Of a DNA stretch of 64,000 nt, positions 16,274 to 26,119 are shown piece after piece. Every line of letters begins with the position of its first letter. Within the stretch, counting starts at the first letter, position 1. The notes beneath the pieces were generated by a model. The model searched no databases. It was given only the letters and a program-made list of their open reading frames with translations, and was not told where the DNA came from. Where the stretch lies: NCBI GenBank assembly GCA_004556455.1, contig SFGY01000005.1, positions 356 to 64,355 of the forward strand, in the 5' to 3' direction. Source of the stretch: Clostridiales bacterium (GTDB taxonomy: Bacteria > Bacillota > Clostridia > Saccharofermentanales > DTU023). The position numbers and the translations under genes are program-made.

Positions 16274-17557
16274 ATGCTTAAGAATCTCTGCGAAAAGGAC
16301 CCTGCTGCCGATCAGCAGAAAAAGACGACAAAGAGCCTTTCAAAAAAGACCCTTTCATCGGCCATGAGCTTTATTGTTCTCTTCGGCCTGGTGAGCCTTT
16401 TTTCGGATATGACGCACGAAGGGGCGGCGAGTATTCGAGGAGCCTACTTTGCGCTTCTGGGCGCTTCGGCAGGGACGATCGGTTTTGTTTCCGGTCTGGG
16501 CGAGCTGGTCGGCTACTCCCTGCGCCTCCTCTTCGGCAGAATTACGGATAAGACGAAGAAATACTGGCCGCTGGTCATTGCAGGCTATGTGCTGGATGTG
16601 TTGGCGGTTCCGGCTCTCGCACTGGTAGGCGAGCATGGCTGGATCGCCGCAGCGGCCCTTTTGATCATCCAGCGTATGGGCAAGGCCATCAAGAAACCAG
16701 CCAAAGATACGCTCATGTCCTTTGCTGCCACGCAGGAAGGGGTTGGTAAAAGCTTCGGCATCCAGGAGGTGCTCGATCAGATCGGCGCATTTCTCGGGCC
16801 GGTGCTGCTCTACCTCGTCATGCTTTTCCGCACGGAGGGCACAAGCTTTGAGATCTACTCCTTTGCCTTTGCTCTTCTGTCGATACCGGGAGCGGTCACT
16901 CTGATTCTCCTTTTGTTCACGAAACGGAAATTTCCTCATCCCGAACATTTTGAGCCGGAAGTGGAAGTGCCTGCTCCTTTAAAGTTGAAAAAGCCCTTTA
17001 TTTTTTACATCATTGGAATCAGCTTTTTTGCCTTTGGCTTCATGGATTATTCCCTGATTATCATGCATGTCTCCAGAACTTATACGGCTCTCAGCTGCAG
17101 TCTTACCGAAACGACCTCACTGGTGAGCACGGGAACTCTGCCGCTGCTCTATGCCGGAGCCATGTTGATCGACGCGATAAGTTCGCTGGTTTTTGGCCTC
17201 CTTTTCGATAAAAAGGGAAGCCTCGCCCTGGTGTTATCGACGCTCATTTCCGCGCCTTTTGCCTTCCTGGTATTTTCCCTGCATACCGTTCCGTCCCTCT
17301 TGCTTGGCATCGCCTTGTGGGGCGTGGGCATGGGCGCGCAGGAATCCATCCTGAAAGCGGCCGTATCCACCATGATTCCCAAGGCAAGCCGGGCCACAGG
17401 CTATGGCTTCTTTGAATTTTTCTTCGGGGTCTTTTTCTTTCTGGGCAGCTGGCTCCTGGGCAGTCTTTACGATCTGAACCTCACTGCCATGGTCGCTCTT
17501 TCCGTCCTGGCTCAGCTCGCGGCCATCCCCTTTTTCTGGGTTTCCGGGCGAAAATAG
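16274..17557 (+). CDS. MFS transporter
   Basis: 427 aa with ~12 hydrophobic segments and a GRITDK-like loop between TM2 and TM3. Confidence 0.75.
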   Translation: MLKNLCEKDPAADQQKKTTKSLSKKTLSSAMSFIVLFGLVSLFSDMTHEGAASIRGAYFALLGASAGTIGFVSGLGELVGYSLRLLFGRITDKTKKYWPLVIAGYVLDVLAVPALALVGEHGWIAAAALLIIQRMGKAIKKPAKDTLMSFAATQEGVGKSFGIQEVLDQIGAFLGPVLLYLVMLFRTEGTSFEIYSFAFALLSIPGAVTLILLLFTKRKFPHPEHFEPEVEVPAPLKLKKPFIFYIIGISFFAFGFMDYSLIIMHVSRTYTALSCSLTETTSLVSTGTLPLLYAGAMLIDAISSLVFGLLFDKKGSLALVLSTLISAPFAFLVFSLHTVPSLLLGIALWGVGMGAQESILKAAVSTMIPKASRATGYGFFEFFFGVFFFLGSWLLGSLYDLNLTAMVALSVLAQLAAIPFFWVSGRK

Positions 17558-17656
17558 AACGGCTGCTTCCTCTCTCTTTGATATTTGCATCTTTCCATTG
17601 AGCCTGAAATAATGACCCTGTGTTCAAGCAAGATGTTTTCTGGGGGGTGAAGGTCG

Positions 17657-19438
17657 ATGGAGTCGGAGTGGTGGAGACAAAGGGTTGTCTATCAAATTTA
17701 CCCGCGAAGTTTTTGTGACAGTAATGGCGACGGCTTAGGGGATATCGGCGGCATCCTCTCGCGCCTTGATTATTTAAAAGACCTGGGTGTGGGCGTGCTC
17801 TGGCTTTCGCCTCTTTATCCTTCGCCGGATGTGGATAACGGTTATGATATCAGCGATTATTGCGACATTCACCCACAGTTCGGGACGCTGGAGCAGATGG
17901 ACGAGCTCATCGCGGAAGCTCACCGCCGCGATATTAAAATCATCATGGATCTGGTGATTAATCACACTTCGGATCAGCACGAGTGGTTTCAGAAGAGCCG
18001 GCAGAGGATTGAACCTTATACGGATTTCTATATCTGGCGTAAGGGCGAAAAGGGACGCAAACCCAATAACTGGGGCAGTTTTTTCGGAGGGGATGTCTGG
18101 ACCTTTGATGAGCTGCGCGGGGAGTATTACCTCCACCTTTTTGCCCGGGAACAGCCCGATCTCAATTACCACAATGAAGCAGTTATCGAGGCCGTTCAGG
18201 ACGTCATGCGCTTCTGGCTGGAGCGTGGGGTAGATGGCTTTCGCTGCGATGTTATAAACATTCTTTATAAGGAATCTTTGGAGAATGGGCGCTGGCGTCC
18301 CGCGTTGACGGGTTGCGAGCACTATTTGTCGACGCCCGGTCTGCATCGTCTCCTGCAGTGCTTTCACACAGAGGTTTTCAGCCGTTACGACTGCTTTACC
18401 GTGGGGGAGACAGTCTTTGTGACGCCGAAAAAGGCGGCTGATCTGACCCTTCCTGAGAGGGGCGAGCTGAATGCGGTCTTTGCCTTTGACCACATGGAGA
18501 CAGATTGTTTTGGCGTCAAATGGTTTTTGCGGCGCTTTTCGCCCCGGCGTTTCCTCAGGACGCTGAGCCGCTGGCAAAAAGAGCTGGACTGGAATGCCAA
18601 TTATTTTGAAAATCATGATCAGCCCCGTTCCATCCCCCGTTTTGGAGATGAGAAGCGTTACCGCAAAGAAAGCGGCAAAGCTCTGGCTCTCCTGCTCCTC
18701 TCTCTGAGGGGTACCCCTTTTATTTATCAGGGGCAGGAAATTGGCATGAGCAACTTTGATTTTTGCTCCATCGAGGAAGTGAAGGATGTCGAGTCGCTCA
18801 ATATCTGGAAACTCACGAAGAAACTCCATTTCCCCAAAGCCTGGCGCTGGAAGATGATACGTCTGAAGAGCCGAGATAACGCGCGTACGCCCATGCAGTG
18901 GGATGCTTCAGCAGAAGCGGGATTTACGTCGGGTACGCCCTGGCTGAAAGTGAACGGCCAATATCCCAAGGTTAATGTAGCTGCAGAAGAAGAGGAGCAG
19001 GATTCGATTCTGCATTTTTACAAGGCTTTTCTGCGTTTTCGTCAGACGACTGATACGCTGCAGACCGGCAGTTACCGGGAGCTTTTCCAGAAAGGCCCTG
19101 TCCTGGCCTTTGCCCGCGAAAAGGATGGGGAGCAGCTGCTGGCTGTGCTCAACTTGAGTGCCAAAGAAGTCCGCTGCCCCCATTTTTCGGGCGAGCTGCT
19201 CTTTCACAGCTACCCGGGGTCGCTCCAGCAGGGCAGGCTTCGGCCTTATGAGGCGGCTTTGATGCGGACGAGCAACGATGAGGAAAACCTTCCATCTTCC
19301 GGGCCGGATGTGGACATAACAGCTCCGTTGACTGGAAAAGACAGCGGTCGAGCAAGCCACTTTACCACCGAGGTAAAGGCGGAGACAAGAGCTCCTTTGG
19401 CCAGAACTGCCAGGCAGGAGGAAGAAGGCCATGATTGA
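17657..19438 (+). CDS. GH13 alpha-glucosidase / oligo-1,6-glucosidase family enzyme with a ~50-aa low-complexity C-terminal tail
   Basis: WWRQRVVYQIYPRSFCDSNGDGLGDIGG, DLVINHTSDQH, GFRCDVINIL, GETV and FENHDQPR are the four conserved GH13 regions. Confidence 0.9.
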   Translation: MESEWWRQRVVYQIYPRSFCDSNGDGLGDIGGILSRLDYLKDLGVGVLWLSPLYPSPDVDNGYDISDYCDIHPQFGTLEQMDELIAEAHRRDIKIIMDLVINHTSDQHEWFQKSRQRIEPYTDFYIWRKGEKGRKPNNWGSFFGGDVWTFDELRGEYYLHLFAREQPDLNYHNEAVIEAVQDVMRFWLERGVDGFRCDVINILYKESLENGRWRPALTGCEHYLSTPGLHRLLQCFHTEVFSRYDCFTVGETVFVTPKKAADLTLPERGELNAVFAFDHMETDCFGVKWFLRRFSPRRFLRTLSRWQKELDWNANYFENHDQPRSIPRFGDEKRYRKESGKALALLLLSLRGTPFIYQGQEIGMSNFDFCSIEEVKDVESLNIWKLTKKLHFPKAWRWKMIRLKSRDNARTPMQWDASAEAGFTSGTPWLKVNGQYPKVNVAAEEEEQDSILHFYKAFLRFRQTTDTLQTGSYRELFQKGPVLAFAREKDGEQLLAVLNLSAKEVRCPHFSGELLFHSYPGSLQQGRLRPYEAALMRTSNDEENLPSSGPDVDITAPLTGKDSGRASHFTTEVKAETRAPLARTARQEEEGHD

Positions 19439-21893
19439 AGTCCGGGACAAGCTTTTCCATCTGCAGACGGATGCCAGCTCCTATCTTTTCTGCGTGGGGG
19501 ATTTTGGCCATCTGGAACAGATCTACTATGGCCCCAGAGTGCAGACCGAAGATGCTGAGGCTCTGCGTTATCGTCGGACGATGCCCTATGGCTCTCAGGT
19601 CATGTGGGATGAAGAAAGCGAATTTTCCCTCGACAATCTGCCCCTCAACTGGTCGGGTGTCGGGCGGGGAGATTTTCGTCAGCCTCCCCTGGAACTGTGT
19701 TTTGCCGATGGCAGCCTGAGCCATGATTTTCTCTTTGTCGACTACGACTTATGTGACGGTGTCAAGCCGATGCAGGGACTTCCCACAGCGACAGCAGGGG
19801 ATTCTTCCCGGGTACAGACGCTGACCTTGACCCTGCAGGAACAGGCGCATCCGCTGCGTCTGCAGTTGATCTACACCGTTTTTCCGGAGACCAATGTGAT
19901 CAGCCGGCGGGCGGTTTTATTGAACCAGGGAGAAGAAGCGGTGACTCTGCACCGTTTTCTGAGCTTTCTCCTGGATCTGCCCAATCGCAATTTCCGTATG
20001 CTCAGCCTGACGGGCGACTGGATCCGGGAAGCGGAAAGAACCGAACAGCCGCTTGTTCAGGGTCTACTGATCAATCAGAGCACTACCGGGGACTCTTCGA
20101 ATCGTCAGAATCCAGGGGTTATTCTGGCTGAAGCAGGGGCAAACGAGGATCAGGGCTTTGTCTATGGATTTAACCTTGTGTACAGCGGCAACCATTTCAC
20201 GCTGCTTGAATTAAGTTCGCATGGGCTTGTTCGGGTGGCGGGAGGGATCAATCCCCAGTCCTTTCATTGGCAACTGGATCAGGGAGCAGCCTTTGAGACA
20301 CCCGAAGCGATCCTCAGTTTTTCGGATCAGGGCCTGAACGGCTTGAGCCAGAATTTTCACCGCTTTGTCAACGAGCACATCGTCCGCGGTCCCTGGAGGA
20401 TGAAAGAGCGCCCGCTTCTCCTGAACAGCTGGGAGGCTCTGAATTTTGATTTTACCGAGAAAAAGCTGCTGAAACTGGCAGAACAGGGGCGCAAACTGGG
20501 CATGGAACTCTTTGTGTTGGACGATGGCTGGTTTGCTGCGAGAGATAACGACCGCGCCGGTCTCGGAGATTACACGGTTAATTCCAGAAAACTTCCTTCC
20601 GGCCTCCCGGCTCTGGCCCGCCGCATTCATGAGATGGGCCTCAGCTTCGGACTCTGGCTGGAACCGGAGTCGGTCAACCCGGACAGCGATCTCTATCGGG
20701 CTCATCCTGACTACGCCATTTCCGCGCCCGGGCTTAAGCCGTTGACCTCGCGGCATCAGTTTTTGCTGGATCTGACTCGCCAGGAGGTTCGCGACTACAT
20801 TGTGAAGGAAGTCTCAGAACTTCTGGACAGCGCCGAGATTGACTATGTCAAATGGGATATGAACCGGCACATGAGCGAATTTTATTCGCCCGGCTACTTT
20901 GCCGGAGAATTCTGCCATCGCTATATCCTTGGCCTCTACGAGATTCTGGATCGCATTTTCGGGCCGCGGCCGCAGATTTTGCTGGAGAGCTGTTCTTCCG
21001 GGGGCAATCGCTTTGACCTCGGTATGCTGGCTTTTTCCCCGCAGATCTGGGCTTCCGACAATACTGACCCGATCGAACGGTTGCGGATTCAAAGCGGACT
21101 TTCGCTTTTTTATCCACTTTCCAGCATGGGGGCGCATGTCTCGCTGGCTCCGCATCAGCAGACTCTGCGCAACACGCCCCTCAGCACTCGTTTCAATGTG
21201 GCCGCTTTTGGTCTGCTTGGCTACGAGCTGGATCCCGGTGAACTGAGCAAAGAAGAAGCGAAGGAAGTCGAGCAGCAGCTGGCATTTTACAAGCGGTACC
21301 GGCGGCTTTTCCAATTTGGAAAATTTTATCGGGGCGAGAGCTTTAAAACGAACAAGTATCAGTGGCTCTGTGTGGATGAGTCCGGGAAACAGGCCGTAGC
21401 GCTGCTGGCTCAGACCCTGGTCCGGGCGGCAGAGAGCAATGATATGCTTTGTCTGAAAGGCCTTTTGCCTGAAGTACGCTATCAGCTGAAAACCGTGCCG
21501 CAGAAGCTGTCCCTTCGCCGCTTCGGGCATCTGATCAAACATGCCCTGCCCATCAAAATCAAAGCGCGCAGTCCGCTTTTTACCCTGATCGACGCCCGAT
21601 ACAGTCTGGATGATGGAGCTTTTTCTGTTCAGGCCAGCAGCGCGGCCCTGGCGGCGGGCATTTGCCTGAATAATCAGTTTATCGGCACGGGTTATCATAA
21701 GGATCTGCGGCTCTGGGGGGATTTTGGCTCACAGCTCTATCTGCTCCAGGCCGAAGATGGTCAGGCCGAAGCTCGTCAGCCGGAAGTTTGTCAGGATGAA
21801 GGTTGCCAGGAAAAAGGTCGTCAAGCAGAAGCGCATAAGGCCGAAGCACATCAAAGCAAAGATCATCAAGAGGAAAGTGGTGAAGAAAAATGA
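19431..21893 (+). CDS. GH36 alpha-galactosidase
   Basis: ELFVLDDGWF, YVKWDMNR and CSSGGNRFD are present. The start overlaps the GH13 stop by 8 nt. Confidence 0.9.
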   Translation: MIEVRDKLFHLQTDASSYLFCVGDFGHLEQIYYGPRVQTEDAEALRYRRTMPYGSQVMWDEESEFSLDNLPLNWSGVGRGDFRQPPLELCFADGSLSHDFLFVDYDLCDGVKPMQGLPTATAGDSSRVQTLTLTLQEQAHPLRLQLIYTVFPETNVISRRAVLLNQGEEAVTLHRFLSFLLDLPNRNFRMLSLTGDWIREAERTEQPLVQGLLINQSTTGDSSNRQNPGVILAEAGANEDQGFVYGFNLVYSGNHFTLLELSSHGLVRVAGGINPQSFHWQLDQGAAFETPEAILSFSDQGLNGLSQNFHRFVNEHIVRGPWRMKERPLLLNSWEALNFDFTEKKLLKLAEQGRKLGMELFVLDDGWFAARDNDRAGLGDYTVNSRKLPSGLPALARRIHEMGLSFGLWLEPESVNPDSDLYRAHPDYAISAPGLKPLTSRHQFLLDLTRQEVRDYIVKEVSELLDSAEIDYVKWDMNRHMSEFYSPGYFAGEFCHRYILGLYEILDRIFGPRPQILLESCSSGGNRFDLGMLAFSPQIWASDNTDPIERLRIQSGLSLFYPLSSMGAHVSLAPHQQTLRNTPLSTRFNVAAFGLLGYELDPGELSKEEAKEVEQQLAFYKRYRRLFQFGKFYRGESFKTNKYQWLCVDESGKQAVALLAQTLVRAAESNDMLCLKGLLPEVRYQLKTVPQKLSLRRFGHLIKHALPIKIKARSPLFTLIDARYSLDDGAFSVQASSAALAAGICLNNQFIGTGYHKDLRLWGDFGSQLYLLQAEDGQAEARQPEVCQDEGCQEKGRQAEAHKAEAHQSKDHQEESGEEK
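21759..21878 (+). repeat. 15-bp in-frame tandem repeat x8 (pentapeptides GQAEA RQPEV CQDEG CQEKG RQAEA HKAEA HQSKD HQEES) forming the C-terminal tail of GH36
   Basis: The period is visible directly: ggtcaggccgaagct cgtcagccggaagtt tgtcaggatgaaggt tgccaggaaaaaggt cgtcaagcagaagcg cataaggccgaagca catcaaagcaaagat catcaagaggaaagt. Confidence 0.85.
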
Positions 21894-23251
21894 AGCAAGA
21901 AGACCGGAAAAACATGATTTATTTCGGACTCGGGACGATAGGGCGAGACATGTTCTACGCCCTCGAAGCGAATGCGCTGATCTATTATCTGTCGAATGTC
22001 CTGGATCTGCCCAAAGCCCTTTTTGTCACGACCAGCCTTATCTATACGATTCTGCGTGTTTTTGATGCCCTCAACGACCCGCTGATGGGCCTCATCGTCG
22101 ACAATGGCCGCTGGAAGAGAGGAAAATTCAAGCCGCCCATGCTGATCGGCGCTCTGGTCGGAGGCGTGAGCTATATGTTCTTCTTTACCGATTTTGGTTT
22201 CCGCGATTCCCGCTTTGTGATCGTCTTCCTGCTGGCCTATCTGGTCTGGGATATCTTTTACGGCCTCAACGATATTGCCTACTGGTCCATGTTGCCTTCG
22301 CTCAGTGTCGATCAGAAAGTGCGCGAGAAAATGGGGGCTTTTGCCCGTATCTGTGCGAATATCGGCATGTTTGCCATTATGGTCGGCTGGCAGCCGCTGA
22401 GCAAAGCCCTCGGGGGCGACAGCCGGGCCTGGTTCCAGATTGCGCTTGGCTGTACACTGGCGATGCTTTTCTTCCAGCTCTTTACCATCTTCGGCGTGCG
22501 CGAAAAAGTCCAGACACACGAGCAGGAAAAGACCAGCCTGGCAGGACTCTGGCACGTGCTGACGGCCAACGATCAGTTGCTCTGGACGACGCTTTCGATG
22601 TCTCTGTTTACGATTGGTTATATGAGCACGACAACTCTTTCCATCTATTTTATGCAGTATGTTTTCGGTAACGCGGATATGTATCCCGTGCTCGGTGCGG
22701 TTGTGGGCGTCGCACAGCTTAGCTCCCTCACGATCTTTCCCCTGATTTCAAAACGCCTCAATCGCCGCAGCTTTTATGCCCTGGCGACGGGCCTTGTGCT
22801 CGTGGGCTACGCCATCTTTTTCTTCGCAGACAGCAGCCTCGGCTTAATCAGTCTTGCCGCCCTTTTCCTCTTTGTCGGCCAGGCTTTCATTCAGCTTCTG
22901 ATGTTGATGTTCCTCGCGGATACCGTGGAATACGGCCAGCTCAAGCTGGGCAAACGCAACGAGAGCATCACTTTCTCCGTCCAGCCTCTTATCAATAAAA
23001 TCGGCGGTGCCGTGGCTATGGGTCTGACCAGCTTCTGCCTGCTGCTTTCGGGAGTTAAGGCAGGGGACACTGCTGCTGAAGTCCTCGATGCGAGCGGAAA
23101 ACTGACCATCAAGATTTTTATGCTCGTCCTGCCGCTGGTCTTCATTTTGCTGGGCTACTGGATCTATCGCCGGAAGTACATTATCAGCGAAGACTATTAC
23201 CAGAAAATTGTCCGCGAGCTGGAGCAAAAAGGCGAACTGAACGTCCATTAG
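21890..23251 (+). CDS. Glycoside-pentoside-hexuronide (GPH):cation symporter, MelB-like
   Basis: GLGTIGRDMFYAL and RVFDALNDPLMGLIVDN are GPH signatures. There are ~12 TM segments and an ATGA overlap with the GH36 gene. Confidence 0.85.
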   Translation: MKQEDRKNMIYFGLGTIGRDMFYALEANALIYYLSNVLDLPKALFVTTSLIYTILRVFDALNDPLMGLIVDNGRWKRGKFKPPMLIGALVGGVSYMFFFTDFGFRDSRFVIVFLLAYLVWDIFYGLNDIAYWSMLPSLSVDQKVREKMGAFARICANIGMFAIMVGWQPLSKALGGDSRAWFQIALGCTLAMLFFQLFTIFGVREKVQTHEQEKTSLAGLWHVLTANDQLLWTTLSMSLFTIGYMSTTTLSIYFMQYVFGNADMYPVLGAVVGVAQLSSLTIFPLISKRLNRRSFYALATGLVLVGYAIFFFADSSLGLISLAALFLFVGQAFIQLLMLMFLADTVEYGQLKLGKRNESITFSVQPLINKIGGAVAMGLTSFCLLLSGVKAGDTAAEVLDASGKLTIKIFMLVLPLVFILLGYWIYRRKYIISEDYYQKIVRELEQKGELNVH

Positions 23252-24537
23252 TCCGGCTCGTCCATGGGATATTCTAAGCCCTGGACGTAGGTTTCATAGA
23301 TGTCCTGGCTTGTGCTGCCCTGGCGGATGAGCTCCCGATACATCAGCGCACTTTTCTTGAGGCTGCGCTTCTGCGTTTCATAATCGCAGGCGACGAGGCC
23401 GAAGCGAGGGCGCTCGCCTTCTTTCCATTCAAAATTATCGACGAAACACCAGTGATAATAGTGGGTGATAGGGAGGCTGGACCCTTCGAGCAGGCGAACG
23501 TGCTCGTAGATGAAGCGGGGCCGGAAGCGGTCGTCCTGGTCGCAGCAGCCGTTTTCTGTAATCATGATGGGCAGGGGACAAATGTTGTAGAGGTTTTCGG
23601 CAGATTGGATGAGGCCTTCAGGGTAGATTTCCCAGCCCAGATCATTATGCGGCACGCCCTTTTGATCATAGTGGCGAAATGCATGGACCATGCCCCGTGA
23701 ATAATAATTGATGGCAATAGCATCCAGGTAGCAGCCGCTTTTGAGTCCGCTGAAATTACGCAGAGGGAAGGGAAAGTGACCGCTGGTGATGGCGCGGAAA
23801 AAGTCGCTCTGGAAGAGCCGGTCGTAGAGTTTGGCGCCTGCGCGGTCGATAAAATTATCTTTTTCCGGGGTGAAACAGCGCAGGTGCAGGGCCAGGCTGA
23901 CCTTGACCTCGCCCCACTGACGCTGCCGATAAATTTCGTGGATTTTTGTATAGGAGAGCAGGTGGATGGAGGCAAAGATACTCATAACTCGCAGCGTCTT
24001 AAAGAGCTTTTTTTCCTCGTTCAGCCACTCGCCAAAGAGAAAACAGTTGACGGCGTAGACATTCGGTTCGTTGAGCGTACAGTAGGCGGGGATCAGGTCG
24101 CCGAGCGCTTCCACCGTATATTCGACAAAGCGCAGGAAAATGGGGATGTTTTCTTTTCGTGTAAAAGCTCCACGATCTTCGAACCACTGGGGATGGCTGA
24201 AGTGATAGAGGGTCAGCAGAACTTCGATGCCCCTGTCCCGCATGAGCTGAATTTCCCGGCGGTAATGGGCGATGGCCTCGGGGTTCCATTGTCCCTCCTG
24301 AGGCTCTATGCGGGCCCACTCCACGCTCATGCGGTAGTAGCGGATGCCCAGCTCATCTAAAAGCTCAATGTCTTCTTCGTAACGATTCCAGTGGTCGGTG
24401 GCTCTCCGGATATTGCTGTGATCGCGGATTTTACCGGCGTTGGAATAATGGTTCCAGTTGGAACCGACTGCTCCGCCTTCGATCTGAGCGGAAGCGGTGG
24501 CCACACCGAATTTCAGGGCTGCTTTTTCAGACTTCAT
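23248..24537 (-). CDS. GH1 beta-glucosidase / beta-galactosidase family enzyme
   Basis: FGVATASAQIEGG, TLNEPN (acid/base Glu) and ITENG (nucleophile Glu) are present. The preferred start ATG 24537 follows AGGAGAAAAT. An upstream in-frame ATG at 24594 lies inside a duplicated leader. Confidence 0.85.
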   Translation of the reverse strand: MKSEKAALKFGVATASAQIEGGAVGSNWNHYSNAGKIRDHSNIRRATDHWNRYEEDIELLDELGIRYYRMSVEWARIEPQEGQWNPEAIAHYRREIQLMRDRGIEVLLTLYHFSHPQWFEDRGAFTRKENIPIFLRFVEYTVEALGDLIPAYCTLNEPNVYAVNCFLFGEWLNEEKKLFKTLRVMSIFASIHLLSYTKIHEIYRQRQWGEVKVSLALHLRCFTPEKDNFIDRAGAKLYDRLFQSDFFRAITSGHFPFPLRNFSGLKSGCYLDAIAINYYSRGMVHAFRHYDQKGVPHNDLGWEIYPEGLIQSAENLYNICPLPIMITENGCCDQDDRFRPRFIYEHVRLLEGSSLPITHYYHWCFVDNFEWKEGERPRFGLVACDYETQKRSLKKSALMYRELIRQGSTSQDIYETYVQGLEYPMDEPD

Positions 24538-24680
24538 ATTTTCTCCTGGCTCTCCTGCGGGGGATTCATCAAAAAAGTGGCTTTTGCTTTCCATGCTTAA
24601 TTTAACATACTTTTTCCGGGCTCTTCTGCTGAGGATTCATCAAAGAAGCGATTTTCTCTCCACGCTTAATTTATCATAGA
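24535..24680 (-). repeat. Two tandem ~71-bp copies of the GH1 translation-initiation region
   Basis: On the plus strand, 24552-24609 (ctcctgcgggggattcatcaaaaaagtggcttttgctttccatgcttaatttaacata) matches 24623-24678 (cttctgctgaggattcatcaaagaagcgattttctctccacgcttaatttatcata). Confidence 0.8.
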
Positions 24681-24940
24681 AGCAGTTTTTATCGTAATGG
24701 AAATGGCCCTGTCTGGTGACAAAAATGCGCTTTGCTGCGTATGATTTCTGTTAGGGTTCGGCGAAAAAAGTTTGCAGCTGGCGGAGAGAACTTTCCGCTG
24801 GAAATGACTTCGCTCAAGCGAGCTGATGCTGCCATGCCTCACCGCAGCAAACCCGTGAAAGAATTGAGTAGCCTGTAATAATCGAACACCGCGGAGCTGC
24901 AATCAAACGATGATTTTCAGCCCGGAGAAAGGAGCTCACA

Positions 24941-26047
24941 ATGAAAAAGAAAGTACTCTGGATTTTGCTCAGCCTTCTGCTTTGCTGTGTCTGTTTTGCA
25001 GCCTGCGCGGCCAATTCTGTACCCTCAGGCGAGGTCATTCAACCGGACGAAATGAATGGAAGTGTCAGACGGAATGTTCCGACTGTAGCTTTCCCTGCTG
25101 ATTTTGAGGCCAAGCGCATGGAAGCCTCTGAGCCCACATCGCAAGCGTTTGAAGCAGAGGGGAGGGACTCTGTCAGGCAGGATTCCGGCCGCATGATTGC
25201 GCTCACTTACAGCTTTCAACTGGAGAGCACCGACTACGAAAAGGATGTGGCGACCCTGGATCGCCTGATCGCTGAAAATGAGGGCTACATTTCTTCCTCA
25301 GATCTTAGCGTTCAGCCGAGCAAAGAAAAGGATCTCCACTCGGCTTTCTTTCAGGTTAAAATTCCCCGGGATAAGGCTGAGTTTTTCCGAAAGGCTGTGA
25401 CGGCTGAGGTGGGCACGCTTCGTTCCTCATCCTCGAATAGCCAGGATTTCACAGAAAGCTACAGCGATACGGCGCTTCGTCTGGTCTCTGAGAAGAAAAA
25501 ACTGGAGGCCTTCAATGCGCTCTATAAAAGAGCCGAAAGCATGGAAGATATCATGGCCATTCAGTCGCAGATTATTGACTGCCAGAGCCGCATCGACCAG
25601 ATGGAGGCAAGTCAGAGGGTGATCGAGGGAAAAGTGAATTTTTCAGACTTCTCTATCTCGCTGAAAGAGGTTTTTTTACTGAGCCCTGTAGCCTCTCAGG
25701 ACCCCTCTTTTTCCAGCCGCCTCAGCGAGGCTTTTGCGGCCTCATTGACAGGCCTGAAATCCGGATTGGAAGAGCTGCTCCTCTTTATCGTGGAATTTTG
25801 GCCGATTCTGCTTGTCCTTATCTTCATCGTTTTGCTGATTGTTGGCTTTAAACAACGTGTCGCCAGTCGTCGGAAAAAGAAAGAAGAAAAGGCTGAAGCC
25901 CGTGTTTCTGCAGTGAAGTCGGCTGAGACCAGGGTAACTGGCGCTAAGATAACTGAGGCCAGGGCAAGTGAAGCAAAGCCGGTTGAGGCAAAGACTGCGG
26001 ATAAGAATAGCAGCGAGACGTCATCTTCTGGCTCAGACTCGAACTGA
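24941..26047 (+). CDS. DUF4349-like lipoprotein with a C-terminal TM helix and a low-complexity tail
   Basis: The lipobox is LLCCVCFAAC. The core YSFQLESTDYEKDVATLDRLIAENEGYISSS...VKIPRDKAEFF...DFTESYSDTALRL...IQSQIIDCQSRIDQMEA follows the remembered DUF4349 pattern. The TM helix is FWPILLVLIFIVLLIVGF. Confidence 0.65.
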   Translation: MKKKVLWILLSLLLCCVCFAACAANSVPSGEVIQPDEMNGSVRRNVPTVAFPADFEAKRMEASEPTSQAFEAEGRDSVRQDSGRMIALTYSFQLESTDYEKDVATLDRLIAENEGYISSSDLSVQPSKEKDLHSAFFQVKIPRDKAEFFRKAVTAEVGTLRSSSSNSQDFTESYSDTALRLVSEKKKLEAFNALYKRAESMEDIMAIQSQIIDCQSRIDQMEASQRVIEGKVNFSDFSISLKEVFLLSPVASQDPSFSSRLSEAFAASLTGLKSGLEELLLFIVEFWPILLVLIFIVLLIVGFKQRVASRRKKKEEKAEARVSAVKSAETRVTGAKITEARASEAKPVEAKTADKNSSETSSSGSDSN

Positions 26048-26119
26048 AGCCTGCGGTGATGAATTTGGTGGAGTGGGTGGCTGGCCAGTTTGTATTCGAG
26101 CTGCGTAGAACTGCCCTGG

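Noticed and set aside
24680-24940. Possible riboswitch or structured leader upstream of the DUF4349 lipoprotein gene
   Set aside because: I could find only short (6-bp) complementary segments and no recognisable conserved riboswitch core. I cannot support it without a covariance-model search.
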